A stretch of DNA of 64,000 bases, taken from an uncultured Clostridia bacterium (GTDB lineage Bacteria > Bacillota > Clostridia > Oscillospirales > Ruminococcaceae). A model generated the notes under the pieces. That model saw nothing but the letters and a program-made list of their open reading frames with translations, was not told the origin of the DNA and made no database searches. Each line of letters starts with the position of its first letter. The stretch's first letter is position 1. The translations under genes were made by a program, and so were the position numbers. Below, one piece after another: positions 53,755-62,234 of this stretch. The stretch covers positions 6,925-70,924 of the forward strand of contig CANQXX010000005.1 of assembly GCA_947627905.1 (NCBI GenBank). Direction: 5' to 3'.

Positions 53755-54645
53755 ATGGGTCTTGAGGACCTGTTCAACGTGGTGAAAACACGTTTTAACG
53801 TCAATTCGCCGGAGGATGACAAAGAGGACGGCGAAAGATCTGAGGATACTGCGGTACAAGTGCCGGAGGATCTGGTGTTCAAATGCCCCAGATGTCTGAA
53901 TGTTATAATGACCGACGAACTGGAAAAGAACCTGAAAGTGTGTCCCCAGTGCAATTACCATTCCCGGCTCACTGCACCGGAAAGGATAAAGCTCATTGCG
54001 GATAAGGACAGCTTTAAGGAATTTGACGCGGATATGCTGAGTAAAAATCCCATAGATTTTCCCGGCTATGAAACAAAACAGCAGGCTCTCCGCGACAGCA
54101 CCGGTCTTAAAGACGCCGTTATCACGGGAGAATGTACCATACGCGGCGAAAGATGCGTTATGGGCGTTATGGATCCAAGGTATATGATGGCTTCAATGGG
54201 CAGCGTTGTGGGCGAAAGGATCACAAGGGCTTTTGAATTTGCCACGGAAAACAGGCTTCCGGTAATAATGTTTACCGCTTCGGGCGGAGCAAGAATGCAG
54301 GAGGGGATAGTTTCCCTGATGCAGATGGCAAAGACCAGCGGCGCAGTGGCAAGGCACAGCGACGCAGGACTTCTTTATATAACGGTCATAACCGATCCCA
54401 CTACCGGCGGAGTAACGGCTTCGTTCGCTTCGCTTGGGGATATAATAATTGCCGAGCCGAAGGTGCTTATAGGCTTTGCAGGAAGGCGCGTCATAGAGGG
54501 AACTATCAGACAGCGGCTGCCGGACGATTTCCAGTCGGCTGAATTTGCTCTTGAGCACGGCTTTGTGGATATGATAGTTGAAAGAAAATCAATGCGGCGG
54601 ACTATTGCTCATATTCTGAAGCTGCATAAGGGGGCGGAAATATAA
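53755..54645 (+). CDS. accD: acetyl-CoA carboxylase carboxyltransferase beta subunit
   Basis: Zinc ribbon '[26 protein letters not shown]' and '[12 protein letters not shown]'. Confidence 0.93.
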   Translation: MGLEDLFNVVKTRFNVNSPEDDKEDGERSEDTAVQVPEDLVFKCPRCLNVIMTDELEKNLKVCPQCNYHSRLTAPERIKLIADKDSFKEFDADMLSKNPIDFPGYETKQQALRDSTGLKDAVITGECTIRGERCVMGVMDPRYMMASMGSVVGERITRAFEFATENRLPVIMFTASGGARMQEGIVSLMQMAKTSGAVARHSDAGLLYITVITDPTTGGVTASFASLGDIIIAEPKVLIGFAGRRVIEGTIRQRLPDDFQSAEFALEHGFVDMIVERKSMRRTIAHILKLHKGAEI

Positions 54646-55460
54646 TGGAAAAGCTGAATAAATTCACCCCGTATGAACGGCTTGAGATCGTCCGCCATAA
54701 GGGCAGACCTACCATAAGGGATTATATCCCGCTGATATTCGATGAATTTATCGAAATGCACGGCGATCGCCTTTTCGGAGACGACGGCGCGATAATGGGC
54801 GGGATCGCTTCAATAAACGGTATCCCTGTGACGGTAATTGCCGAGGTAAAGGGCAGGAACATAAACGAAAACAAGGAATGTAACTTTGCAATGCCAAATC
54901 CGGAGGGCTACAGAAAGGCTTTGCGTCTTGCAAAGCAGGCTGAAAAATTTCACCGTCCGGTGATATGTTTTATTGACACTCCGGGAGCGTTTGCGGGAGT
55001 TGACGCCGAAAAGCGCGGTCAGGGCGAAGCGATAGCACGAAATCTTATGGAATTTATGCGGCTCAGAACGCCGATAATAAGCATCGTTCTGGGCGAGGGC
55101 GGAAGCGGCGGAGCGCTTGCGCTTGGAGTATGTGACTGCCTTGCGGTACTGGAAAATTCCATATATTCGGTAATTTCTCCCCGCGGATTTGCTTCTATTC
55201 TCTGGAAAGATTCCGGAAAGGAAAAGGAAGCCTGCTCTATTATGAAAGTTACGGCGGAAGATATGATAGAACTTGGCGTTGCGGAAAAGGTCATTGAGGA
55301 ACCGTTAGGCGGCGCGCACAATGACATTAGTCAGACTGCCGAAAATATAGCAGAATTTTTGTATAAAACGCTGAATAAAAAAATGAAAATAGATATTGAC
55401 GTTTTGCTTAATGAACGGTATACTAAATTTAGAAAAATCGGTGAGTTTGAGGAAGGCTGA
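54645..55460 (+). CDS. accA: acetyl-CoA carboxylase carboxyltransferase alpha subunit (short form)
   Basis: 'RHKGRPTIRDYI', 'FIDTPGAFAGVDAEKRGQGEAIA' and 'GEGGSGGALAL'. The ATG overlaps the accD stop (TAATG). Confidence 0.93.
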   Translation: MEKLNKFTPYERLEIVRHKGRPTIRDYIPLIFDEFIEMHGDRLFGDDGAIMGGIASINGIPVTVIAEVKGRNINENKECNFAMPNPEGYRKALRLAKQAEKFHRPVICFIDTPGAFAGVDAEKRGQGEAIARNLMEFMRLRTPIISIVLGEGGSGGALALGVCDCLAVLENSIYSVISPRGFASILWKDSGKEKEACSIMKVTAEDMIELGVAEKVIEEPLGGAHNDISQTAENIAEFLYKTLNKKMKIDIDVLLNERYTKFRKIGEFEEG

Positions 55461-55579
55461 TATTCTTCCTTGATCTTCCGATGCGGTCAGGCGTAAAGGC
55501 GAAAATTTCGGACGGCTCGTTCGGTACGGAATAGTTCGTTCCTTTATAAATAAAATAAACTTGAACGGAGGCTATCAGA

Positions 55580-55807
55580 ATGGTATTTGATAAGGTAAAG
55601 GAAATTATTGTTGAGCAGCTCGACGTTGATGAGGAAAAGGTAACATCAGGCGCAAATATTCAGGATGACCTTGGCGCAGATTCTCTCGACGTTGTTGATC
55701 TTGTTATGAGCCTTGAAGAAGAATTTGATATCGAGATCCCCGACGAAGCTGTTGAGGGTATCAAGACCGTCGGCGATATTGTTAAGTATATCGAGGACAA
55801 TCAGTAA
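55580..55807 (+). CDS. acpP: acyl carrier protein
   Basis: '[20 protein letters not shown]' carries the phosphopantetheine Ser in the DSL motif. Confidence 0.95.
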   Translation: MVFDKVKEIIVEQLDVDEEKVTSGANIQDDLGADSLDVVDLVMSLEEEFDIEIPDEAVEGIKTVGDIVKYIEDNQ

Positions 55808-55833
55808 TTTTACCGTTATTAAAGTTCAAAATC

Positions 55834-55866
55834 ACGCCGCGGAGATGATCTCAGCGGCGCGTTTTT
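55834..55866 (+). terminator. intrinsic terminator of the fab/acc operon
   Basis: CGCCGCGGAGAT pairs with ATCTCAGCGGCG (one mismatch). GTTTTT follows. Confidence 0.75.
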
Positions 55867-55930
55867 GCAGAAAAGGGTATTTATAATTGAATGTTATTAT
55901 GCCCCATATTCGGGATCGGAGGAATTTATC

Positions 55931-56764
55931 ATGGAAAAATATGGACTTCTGGGCTATCCGCTCAAACACACCATGTCGCCGCCTATACATAAACGGCTTT
56001 TTGAACTGGACGGAAACACTTCCGCAGAATATGAGGTCTGCGAGCTTCCGCCGGAGGAGCTGGAGGGAAAAGCCGCGTATCTCAATTCTCTTAACGGGTA
56101 CAATATCACCATTCCATATAAGGTGGATATAATAAAATATCTGGACGGACTGGACGAGTCCGCAAAGCGGTACAATTCGGTAAACTGCGTTGTGCGCAGG
56201 GACGGAAAAAATATCGGCTACAACACCGACTGTTACGGATTTCTCCGCTCCCTTGAAGCTGCCGGAGGACGGCTTGACGGCAAGGTATTGCAGATAGGCT
56301 GCGGCGGCGTTGGCAGAATGATGGCTATAGAAGCCGCTCTGCATGGTGCAGATCTGACAATAGTTTCTCTGCCGGAATTTATCGGCGGAGCGCAGGCTGC
56401 GGCAAAAGAAGCTCTTGCTCTTGCTCCCGGCGCAAAAATAAAGGTAATAACGCATGAAGAGATAAGCGGTGAATTTGACACGCTCGTCAATGCAAGTCCG
56501 GTGGGAATGTTCCCGAAAGTGGACGAATGTCCCGTTACGGAAGATGTCGTAAAGAGCTGCAAATTTGTTTTTGAAGTTATCTATAACCCCGATGTTACAA
56601 GGCTTATGGAAACTGCGGAAAAGAACGGTATAAAAGCCATAGGCGGCATGGCAATGCTTGTATGGCAGGCTGCCGTGGCGCACGAGATATGGTGCGGCGT
56701 TTCATACCGCGACAAGGATATAGAAAAGATCATCGAGGATATGAAAAAGGAAATGAAAAGGTGA
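55931..56764 (+). CDS. aroE: shikimate dehydrogenase
   Basis: 'YGLLGYPLKHTMSPPIH', 'GYNITIPYK', 'NCVV' and 'GYNTD'. The ATG at 55931 has GGAGG upstream. Confidence 0.88.
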   Translation: MEKYGLLGYPLKHTMSPPIHKRLFELDGNTSAEYEVCELPPEELEGKAAYLNSLNGYNITIPYKVDIIKYLDGLDESAKRYNSVNCVVRRDGKNIGYNTDCYGFLRSLEAAGGRLDGKVLQIGCGGVGRMMAIEAALHGADLTIVSLPEFIGGAQAAAKEALALAPGAKIKVITHEEISGEFDTLVNASPVGMFPKVDECPVTEDVVKSCKFVFEVIYNPDVTRLMETAEKNGIKAIGGMAMLVWQAAVAHEIWCGVSYRDKDIEKIIEDMKKEMKR

Positions 56765-56800
56765 TTTTTTTAAATTCTGAGAAAAAATTCTGATTTCCTA

Positions 56801-56829
56801 TTGACATTTATATACTTAAATGGTATAAT
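56801..56829 (+). promoter_or_regulatory. consensus sigma-A promoter with an extended -10
   Basis: -35 TTGACA (56801-56806), 17-nt spacer ending in TG, -10 TATAAT (56824-56829). Confidence 0.75.
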
Positions 56830-56862
56830 TTAATCAATAAAAAAATGAAAGGAAGATGTCCT

Positions 56863-57132
56863 ATGGATATAATTGTAAACGGCGGCACAATTTCCGAAGA
56901 GGAAAAGAACAATTACGTTAAATATGTAAAAGAAAAAAATCCCGGCAAGGAGCTTGCTTCCCTTGAAATAAATGTTGACGGTGATTTTGTCGACCTGAAA
57001 TATCATTTTGAGGAAGTTCCTTTCGAGCGTATCCGCCGCGTTACCGGCTATCTGACGGGAACGCTTGACAGGTGGAACGACGCTAAGCGTGCGGAAGAAA
57101 GAGACAGAGTAAAGCACGGCATCTGCTGCTGA
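56863..57132 (+). CDS. small (89-aa) protein with an NrdD-type glycyl-radical C-terminal motif
   Basis: The C-terminus 'RIRRVTGYLTGTLDRWNDAKRAEERDRVKHG' matches the R-[VI]-x-G-Y...N-x-[GA]-K-x-x-E-x-x-x-R-x-x-H ending of class III ribonucleotide reductases. The ATG at 56863 lies 7 nt after AAAGGAAG. The ATG at 56845 would fall at or near the predicted transcription start. Confidence 0.6.
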   Translation: MDIIVNGGTISEEEKNNYVKYVKEKNPGKELASLEINVDGDFVDLKYHFEEVPFERIRRVTGYLTGTLDRWNDAKRAEERDRVKHGICC

Positions 57133-57327
57133 TCTCCGGCGTTTATGCGGACAGCCAGTATATTCCGCTTAGGGAATAATTTTATAGTCATATTTGATAT
57201 CAAACAAGGAACATTATTTATATAAACCACGTCCGACAAAAAGACGGCGCGCGGGGCATAATGCAGCCGAAGCGAAAACCGCGGAGTTTGCGGAACGTGT
57301 TTATATAAAAATATTCAGAAACGAATA

Positions 57328-57375
57328 TCCGCGGAAGAGAAGCCTTTAGGGCATTTTCTTCCGCGGAAATTTTTA
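57328..57375. terminator. hairpin terminator between convergent genes
   Basis: TCCGCGGAAGAG (57328-57339) pairs with TTCTTCCGCGGA (57356-57367), 11 of 12 positions. On the plus strand AATTTTT follows. It abuts the PP2C stop codon. Confidence 0.5.
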
Positions 57376-57378
57376 TAT

Positions 57379-58134
57379 TCATTGATTTTCAAGATATGTT
57401 ACGCCCACAACGGTAATATTGTCATCACTGCCGTTGGTTTTTGCGCGTTCTGCCATATCTGCCAGACGAAGGGGCAGCTTTTTCGGCTGAGCAAGTATAT
57501 CCTCGATCTCCCCGGCTGTAAGATGATCGGAAAGTCCGTCGGTACACATTATTATAATGTCTCCGTGAACAAGTCCGCCGGATATTTCTTCTATCTGGGG
57601 AACGGGATCTTCGTCAAGATTTCCAAGCACCGGGAAGATAACGTTCTTTTTGGCGTGGTGGATCCTTTCCTCCGGGGTTATCTGACCTTGTTCATAAAGA
57701 AGCTGAACGAGCGACTGATCTCTTGAAAGCTGCTTTATTCTTCCGCTGCGGTAAAGATACATACGGGAATCGCCGATATTTATCATTATTGTCCTGCCGT
57801 CCGGTTCTACGGCAAGAGCGCAGAGCGTGGTCTGCATATTCTCGGTATGATGACTTACGCCGAATTTCTGAAGAACACGGTGTATGGACATTATTTTCTG
57901 CTTATAATCTACGGCAGGAGAGGGCTTTACCGATGAAAACAGCTCAAGAGCGATGCGGGACGCAACTTCTCCGGAACGCTCTCCGGCTACTCCGTCGGCA
58001 ACGGCGGCTATTACGGGAACATCGGTCTTATATTCCTTGTGTGAACGGGTTACGACCCTTTTATTTACAAGAAAAGCGTCCTCATTGTGGTCGCGGACGT
58101 TTCCGGCGTCGGTAATTCCGCAGCAGTAAAACAA
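57379..58134 (-). CDS. PP2C-family Ser/Thr protein phosphatase
   Basis: 'TDAGNVRDHNEDAF', 'NIGDSRMYL', 'CTDGLSD' and 'GSDDNITVV'. The TTG start has a GGAGGGG ribosome-binding site. Confidence 0.9.
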   Translation of the reverse strand: MFYCCGITDAGNVRDHNEDAFLVNKRVVTRSHKEYKTDVPVIAAVADGVAGERSGEVASRIALELFSSVKPSPAVDYKQKIMSIHRVLQKFGVSHHTENMQTTLCALAVEPDGRTIMINIGDSRMYLYRSGRIKQLSRDQSLVQLLYEQGQITPEERIHHAKKNVIFPVLGNLDEDPVPQIEEISGGLVHGDIIIMCTDGLSDHLTAGEIEDILAQPKKLPLRLADMAERAKTNGSDDNITVVGVTYLENQ

Positions 58135-58339
58135 AGAAACCCCTCCTTTCCCCGTATTTTACAGTTATCTAACTATATTATATATTAAACAGAACATATT
58201 TTCAAGGGGCGGATATAAAAAATTGACGGCGCATTATTGATCGGCACGTTCATATTTATTTTCGCAAAACTATTTACTAATTCATTTTTTTATATTATAA
58301 TGATATAATAGAAGCGTATACAGTGAAAGGAGCTTTAAT

Positions 58340-58513
58340 ATGGAAAAGAAATACGACGGCAGAGAAGATACTATAAACTACCTTAAAGCGGCTGTGCCCA
58401 TTTCGGCAGCATTGGTGCTTTTCCTCGTTTCGGCAGGCTTTATAGCCTATAAGCTGATAATCGCTTACCGCCATAACGAACGCTGGAAAGACTATGATGA
58501 GTGCGGTATATGA
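58340..58513 (+). CDS. hypothetical 57-aa single-pass membrane protein (below the ORF-track cutoff)
   Basis: The ATG lies 8 nt after AAAGGAG. My hand translation is MEKKYDGREDTINYLKAAVPISAALVLFLVSAGFIAYKLIIAYRHNERWKDYDECGI*. Confidence 0.4.
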   Translation: MEKKYDGREDTINYLKAAVPISAALVLFLVSAGFIAYKLIIAYRHNERWKDYDECGI

Positions 58514-58530
58514 CGCTGAAAGGAAATAAA

Positions 58531-59685
58531 ATGATAATTTACAACGCTGAGATATATTCTTCCGACGGGACTGTGAAGATACCGTCAGGATATGTTGTCT
58601 GCGAAAACGGCAGGATATCCGGCATGGGTGAAGGTCTGCCGGAGGAGATCTCTTCCGAAGATGTTGACGCAGGCGGAATGAGGCTTTATCCCGGTTCTAT
58701 AGATATCCATACCCATATGGGACTTATAGGCGACGGTCAGGGCGCAGAGGGCGAGGACGTAAACGAGGACAGCGATCCGGTCACCCCTCATCTGCGGACG
58801 ATAGACGGTCTTTGCTATACCGACGGATATTTTACCGACGCGGTAAAAGCAGGGATAACCTGCTGCGTTACCGGAGTGGGCTCGACAAACCCTATAGGCG
58901 GAGACCTTATTGCTGTAAAAACAGCCGGATATTCTCCCGATGAAATGCTTGTCAAAAGAGTAGGGATAAAATTTGCCCTCGGAGAAAATCCCAAATCTAC
59001 ATTTTCCGAAAGGGATACTGCCCCGATAACCAGAATGGCAACGGCTGCAATTATCCGCGAAGCGCTTTTCAAGGCGCAGAGGTATATGAAAGACAAAGCC
59101 TGCGCCGAAGAAAACGGCGAAACGCTTCCCGAATTTGACATGAAGTCGGAAGCGCTTGTTCCGTTGCTTAAAGGAGAGCTGAAAGCCCATTTCCATTGTC
59201 ACCGTGCGGACGATATACTTACAGCCGTAAGGATCGCCAAGGAATTTGATCTTGAATATGTGCTCATACACTGTACAGAGGGATATATTGCCGCAGATAT
59301 ACTGGGCAGAGAAAAGGCTTCAGCTGTAGTCGGTCCTGTGATATGCGACCGTGGAAAGCCCGAGCTTGCCGGTCAGAAGCCGGAAAATGCGGCTATACTA
59401 TATAAAAATGGTGTTAAGACGGCAATATGTACCGATCACCCCGAAATGCCGATACAGTATCTTTATGCCGGCGCAGCTTACTGCGTAAAAGCAGGGCTTC
59501 CGAAGGCAGCGGCAATGAGGGCGATATCTTCGGAGGCGGCTGAGATCGCAGGCATTTCCGACCGTGTGGGTGAAATTGCTGTCGGAATGGACGCGGATAT
59601 GTTCCTTGCAGACGGCGATCCTCTTGACCTGATGACAAATGTAAAAATGACGGTAATAAACGGCAGGATAGTTTATAAAGGCTGA
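58531..59685 (+). CDS. metal-dependent amidohydrolase family protein
   Basis: 'LYPGSIDIHTHMG', 'HFHCHRADD', 'ICTDHP' and 'ADMFLADGDPL'. ATG at 58531. Confidence 0.8.
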   Translation: MIIYNAEIYSSDGTVKIPSGYVVCENGRISGMGEGLPEEISSEDVDAGGMRLYPGSIDIHTHMGLIGDGQGAEGEDVNEDSDPVTPHLRTIDGLCYTDGYFTDAVKAGITCCVTGVGSTNPIGGDLIAVKTAGYSPDEMLVKRVGIKFALGENPKSTFSERDTAPITRMATAAIIREALFKAQRYMKDKACAEENGETLPEFDMKSEALVPLLKGELKAHFHCHRADDILTAVRIAKEFDLEYVLIHCTEGYIAADILGREKASAVVGPVICDRGKPELAGQKPENAAILYKNGVKTAICTDHPEMPIQYLYAGAAYCVKAGLPKAAAMRAISSEAAEIAGISDRVGEIAVGMDADMFLADGDPLDLMTNVKMTVINGRIVYKG

Positions 59686-59712
59686 CATTCCGTGTGTAAA
59701 AGGAGAATTATA

Positions 59713-60561
59713 ATGAGTATTCGTGAGATAAACGTATCCGAAATAGAAAATGCCGTGAGAGATCTTTGTATACAGGCGAATCGTTTTCTGCCGGCTTCCT
59801 TAGCGGAATGTATAGGCTGCGCGGTAAAAAAGGAAAGATCTCCTGTGGGAAAGGAAGTGCTTTCCGACCTTGTGCGGAATATTGAAGCTGCCGAACAGGA
59901 AGAGCTTGCCATATGTCAGGATACGGGAATGGCGGTAATATTCCTTGATATCGGTCAGGAAGTCCATTTTACAGGCGGTTCTCTTTATGAAGCTGTAAAC
60001 AGGGGTGTGTCAAAAGGATATACCGAAGGATACCTGCGGTGTTCGATAGTTTCCGATCCGCTGGAGCGGGTCAATACCGGGGATAATACTCCTGCGGTGA
60101 TACATACGCGCATAGTTGACGGGGACAAGGTTTCTATATCGGTATGTCCGAAAGGCTTCGGAAGCGAAAATATGTCGGCAATGAAGATGTTCACGCCGTC
60201 CGCTTCGGCAGAGGATATAGAAAATTTTGTTGTTGAAACGGCTTCAAAAGCGGGGAGTAATCCCTGTCCTCCCATGGTGATAGGAGTAGGTATAGGCGGT
60301 GATTTTGAATATTGCGCTTTTCTGGCGAAAAAGGCGCTTTGCCGCGATATTGCCTGCAAAAACCCAAAAGAAATATACAGGAAAATGGAAGAAAATATTC
60401 TTGAAAAAATAAACCGTCTCGGCATAGGACCTCAGGGCTTCGGCGGAACGGTAACGGCGCTTTCGGTTGGGATAGAACAGGCTCCCACGCATATTGCAGG
60501 GCTTCCTGTGGCGGTAAATATAGGCTGTCATGTGACCCGCCACGCCCACAAAGAGATATAA
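59713..60561 (+). CDS. Fe-S type hydro-lyase (class I fumarate hydratase / tartrate dehydratase) alpha subunit
   Basis: 'AICQDTGMAVIFLDIGQEV', 'GDNTPAVIH' and 'PPMVIGVGIGG'. The ATG at 59713 has AAGGAG upstream. Confidence 0.85.
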   Translation: MSIREINVSEIENAVRDLCIQANRFLPASLAECIGCAVKKERSPVGKEVLSDLVRNIEAAEQEELAICQDTGMAVIFLDIGQEVHFTGGSLYEAVNRGVSKGYTEGYLRCSIVSDPLERVNTGDNTPAVIHTRIVDGDKVSISVCPKGFGSENMSAMKMFTPSASAEDIENFVVETASKAGSNPCPPMVIGVGIGGDFEYCAFLAKKALCRDIACKNPKEIYRKMEENILEKINRLGIGPQGFGGTVTALSVGIEQAPTHIAGLPVAVNIGCHVTRHAHKEI

Positions 60562-60575
60562 TATCAGGCTCATAA

Positions 60576-60608
60576 ACTGTCCGGAATATATCCGGGCAGT
60601 CTTTTTTT
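60576..60608 (+). terminator. intrinsic terminator
   Basis: ACTGTCCGG pairs with CCGGGCAGT (one G-U). CTTTTTTT follows. Confidence 0.7.
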
Positions 60609-60918
60609 GCCTGAAATTTTTATGTTTTAAACAAAAACAGGAGAATTTTTATATGTTCCGTTGTTGAATTTATATAATCAAAACAAAGGATTTTATTAAA
60701 TTATAATTTAAAATTGTCAATTTAATTTCAAAGTATTAGAAAATCTGACAATTAAAGGAAATTTTTATTTCGTTTTAAAACCGATTTAGGAGCTTTGCAT
60801 AAAAAATATAAAATTTTTTTGTACAATACCCTTGAAAAATGGAATATTATGTAAGCGGATTTACAAATATTTTTAATTATATTGTGCAAAATCAACAAAA
60901 TACCCTGTTAGAAACAGC

Positions 60919-60947
60919 TTGACAAACGGCAAAAATGAAATTATAAT
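60919..60947 (+). promoter_or_regulatory. sigma-A-type promoter of the G5/3D gene
   Basis: -35 TTGACA (60919-60924), 17-nt spacer, -10 TATAAT (60942-60947). Confidence 0.7.
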
Positions 60948-61010
60948 AATAAAAGTTAAAGAATGGTTACAGCTGTAACCGTTTTGTAACCATTTGTGAA
61001 AGGAGTCTTT

Positions 61011-62018
61011 ATGAGTAATAATAACATGGAACACCGTGATAAAAACACGGCTGCGGATTGTAAAAAAGTCTTAAAGATCAAAAACAAAGCGATAACTGCT
61101 GCGGCAGCAATATGCACCGCTGCTTTTGCAGCAGCGGCAGGATTTGCACTCGTCGGCAATAATGATATGCCTCTTACGGCGGATATCTTCAGCGCAAAGG
61201 ATACGGCAAGCGCAGTAAAAACACAGCTTCCCCCTAAAGAATATGATGTAAGCATAAATGTTGATGGAAAAAATATCGTAGTAAAAGCTGCGGGAAATGT
61301 AAAGGACGCTCTTGATGCTGCCGACGTTGATGTTTATGACGATGACCTTATAAATATAGGTCTTTCGGAGCCCCTTAATCCGTATACAAATATAGTTATA
61401 AACCGCGTCGATATCGTTGAAGAAGTTCAGGTAGAAGTCCTTGAATATGCTACAAAATACCGCGAGGACGACAGCTATACAATAGGCTACTCGGAAACGA
61501 TAGTTGACGGCGAAGAGGGAGAAATGGAAACTACACTCAGACATACATATGTTGACGGCGAGCTTGTTTCCTCCTCTGTGATAGATACGGATATCACCGA
61601 ACCGGTAGATGAAGTGGTCGTAGTCGGCACAAAGGAGTATAATCCTATAGATGACGTAAGCATTTCGCAGATACCTGCGCCGCTTGATCTTGCGTTTGAC
61701 GACAACGGCGTGCCTCTTGATTATTCACAGGTATTTACCGGAAAAGCAACGGCTTATTCCGCAAGACCGGGCGCACGCACCGCAAGCGGCAGACTTGCTC
61801 AGGTGGGAACGGTAGCCGTTGATCCGAGTCTTATCCCTTACGGAAGTGAGCTTTACATTGTTTCTACAGACGGTTCCACGATATACGGTTATGCAATAGC
61901 AGCCGATACGGGAACGGCTCTTATTGACGGCAGCGTGCTGGTGGACGTATTTATGGAAAGCTATGATGCAAGCTGTCAATGGGGAGCAAAACAAGTGAAC
62001 GTATACGTTCTTAACTGA
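61011..62018 (+). CDS. membrane-anchored DUF348/G5/3D-domain cell-wall protein (YabE/RpfB-like architecture)
   Basis: Transmembrane segment 'ITAAAAICTAAFAAAAGFALVG'. The G5-like segment reads 'YREDDSYTIGYSETIVDGEEGEMETTLRHTYVDGEL'. The 3D domain reads 'TGKATAYSARPGARTASG...VAVDPSLIPYGSELYI...AADTG'. The ATG at 61011 follows AAAGGAG. Confidence 0.85.
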   Translation: MSNNNMEHRDKNTAADCKKVLKIKNKAITAAAAICTAAFAAAAGFALVGNNDMPLTADIFSAKDTASAVKTQLPPKEYDVSINVDGKNIVVKAAGNVKDALDAADVDVYDDDLINIGLSEPLNPYTNIVINRVDIVEEVQVEVLEYATKYREDDSYTIGYSETIVDGEEGEMETTLRHTYVDGELVSSSVIDTDITEPVDEVVVVGTKEYNPIDDVSISQIPAPLDLAFDDNGVPLDYSQVFTGKATAYSARPGARTASGRLAQVGTVAVDPSLIPYGSELYIVSTDGSTIYGYAIAADTGTALIDGSVLVDVFMESYDASCQWGAKQVNVYVLN

Positions 62019-62031
62019 ATATGCCGATGAG

Positions 62032-62062
62032 ATACCGGTTTTCACAGAAAGCCGGTATTTTT
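62032..62062 (+). terminator. intrinsic terminator
   Basis: ATACCGG (62032-38) pairs with CCGGTAT (62052-58). TTTTT follows. Confidence 0.65.
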
Positions 62063-62070
62063 GTATAGTG

Positions 62071-62099
62071 TTGAGAGTTGAGAGTTGAGATATTATAAT
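62071..62099 (+). promoter_or_regulatory. promoter-like GTTGAGA-heptad module (copy L3)
   Basis: -35 TTGAGA (62071-62076), 17-nt spacer made of GTTGAGA units, -10 TATAAT (62094-62099). It is nearly identical to 14606-14634. Confidence 0.5.
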
Positions 62100-62144
62100 T
62101 TAGCGGGGGCTTCCCCTCAAATGTAAAAAATCGTCAGTTCCCGC

Positions 62145-62173
62145 TTGACAAAGGGAATAGGCTTTAGTATAAT
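62145..62173 (+). promoter_or_regulatory. sigma-A-type promoter of the Hpt gene
   Basis: -35 TTGACA (62145-62150), 17-nt spacer, -10 TATAAT (62168-62173). Confidence 0.65.
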
Positions 62174-62234
62174 TAAAATAATGCCGGATATTTTTAAAAC
62201 ATATACAGAATGTGCTTTAAAAAGGAATGATCTT

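Noticed and set aside
60609-60918. A c-di-AMP (ydaO-type) riboswitch or small gene in the 400-bp spacer upstream of the G5/3D gene.
   Set aside because: The region is uniformly A/T-rich with no conserved GC helices and no ORF with a ribosome-binding site. The only feature is a short inverted repeat (AATTGTCA ... TGACAATT, about 60713-60755) of uncertain meaning.
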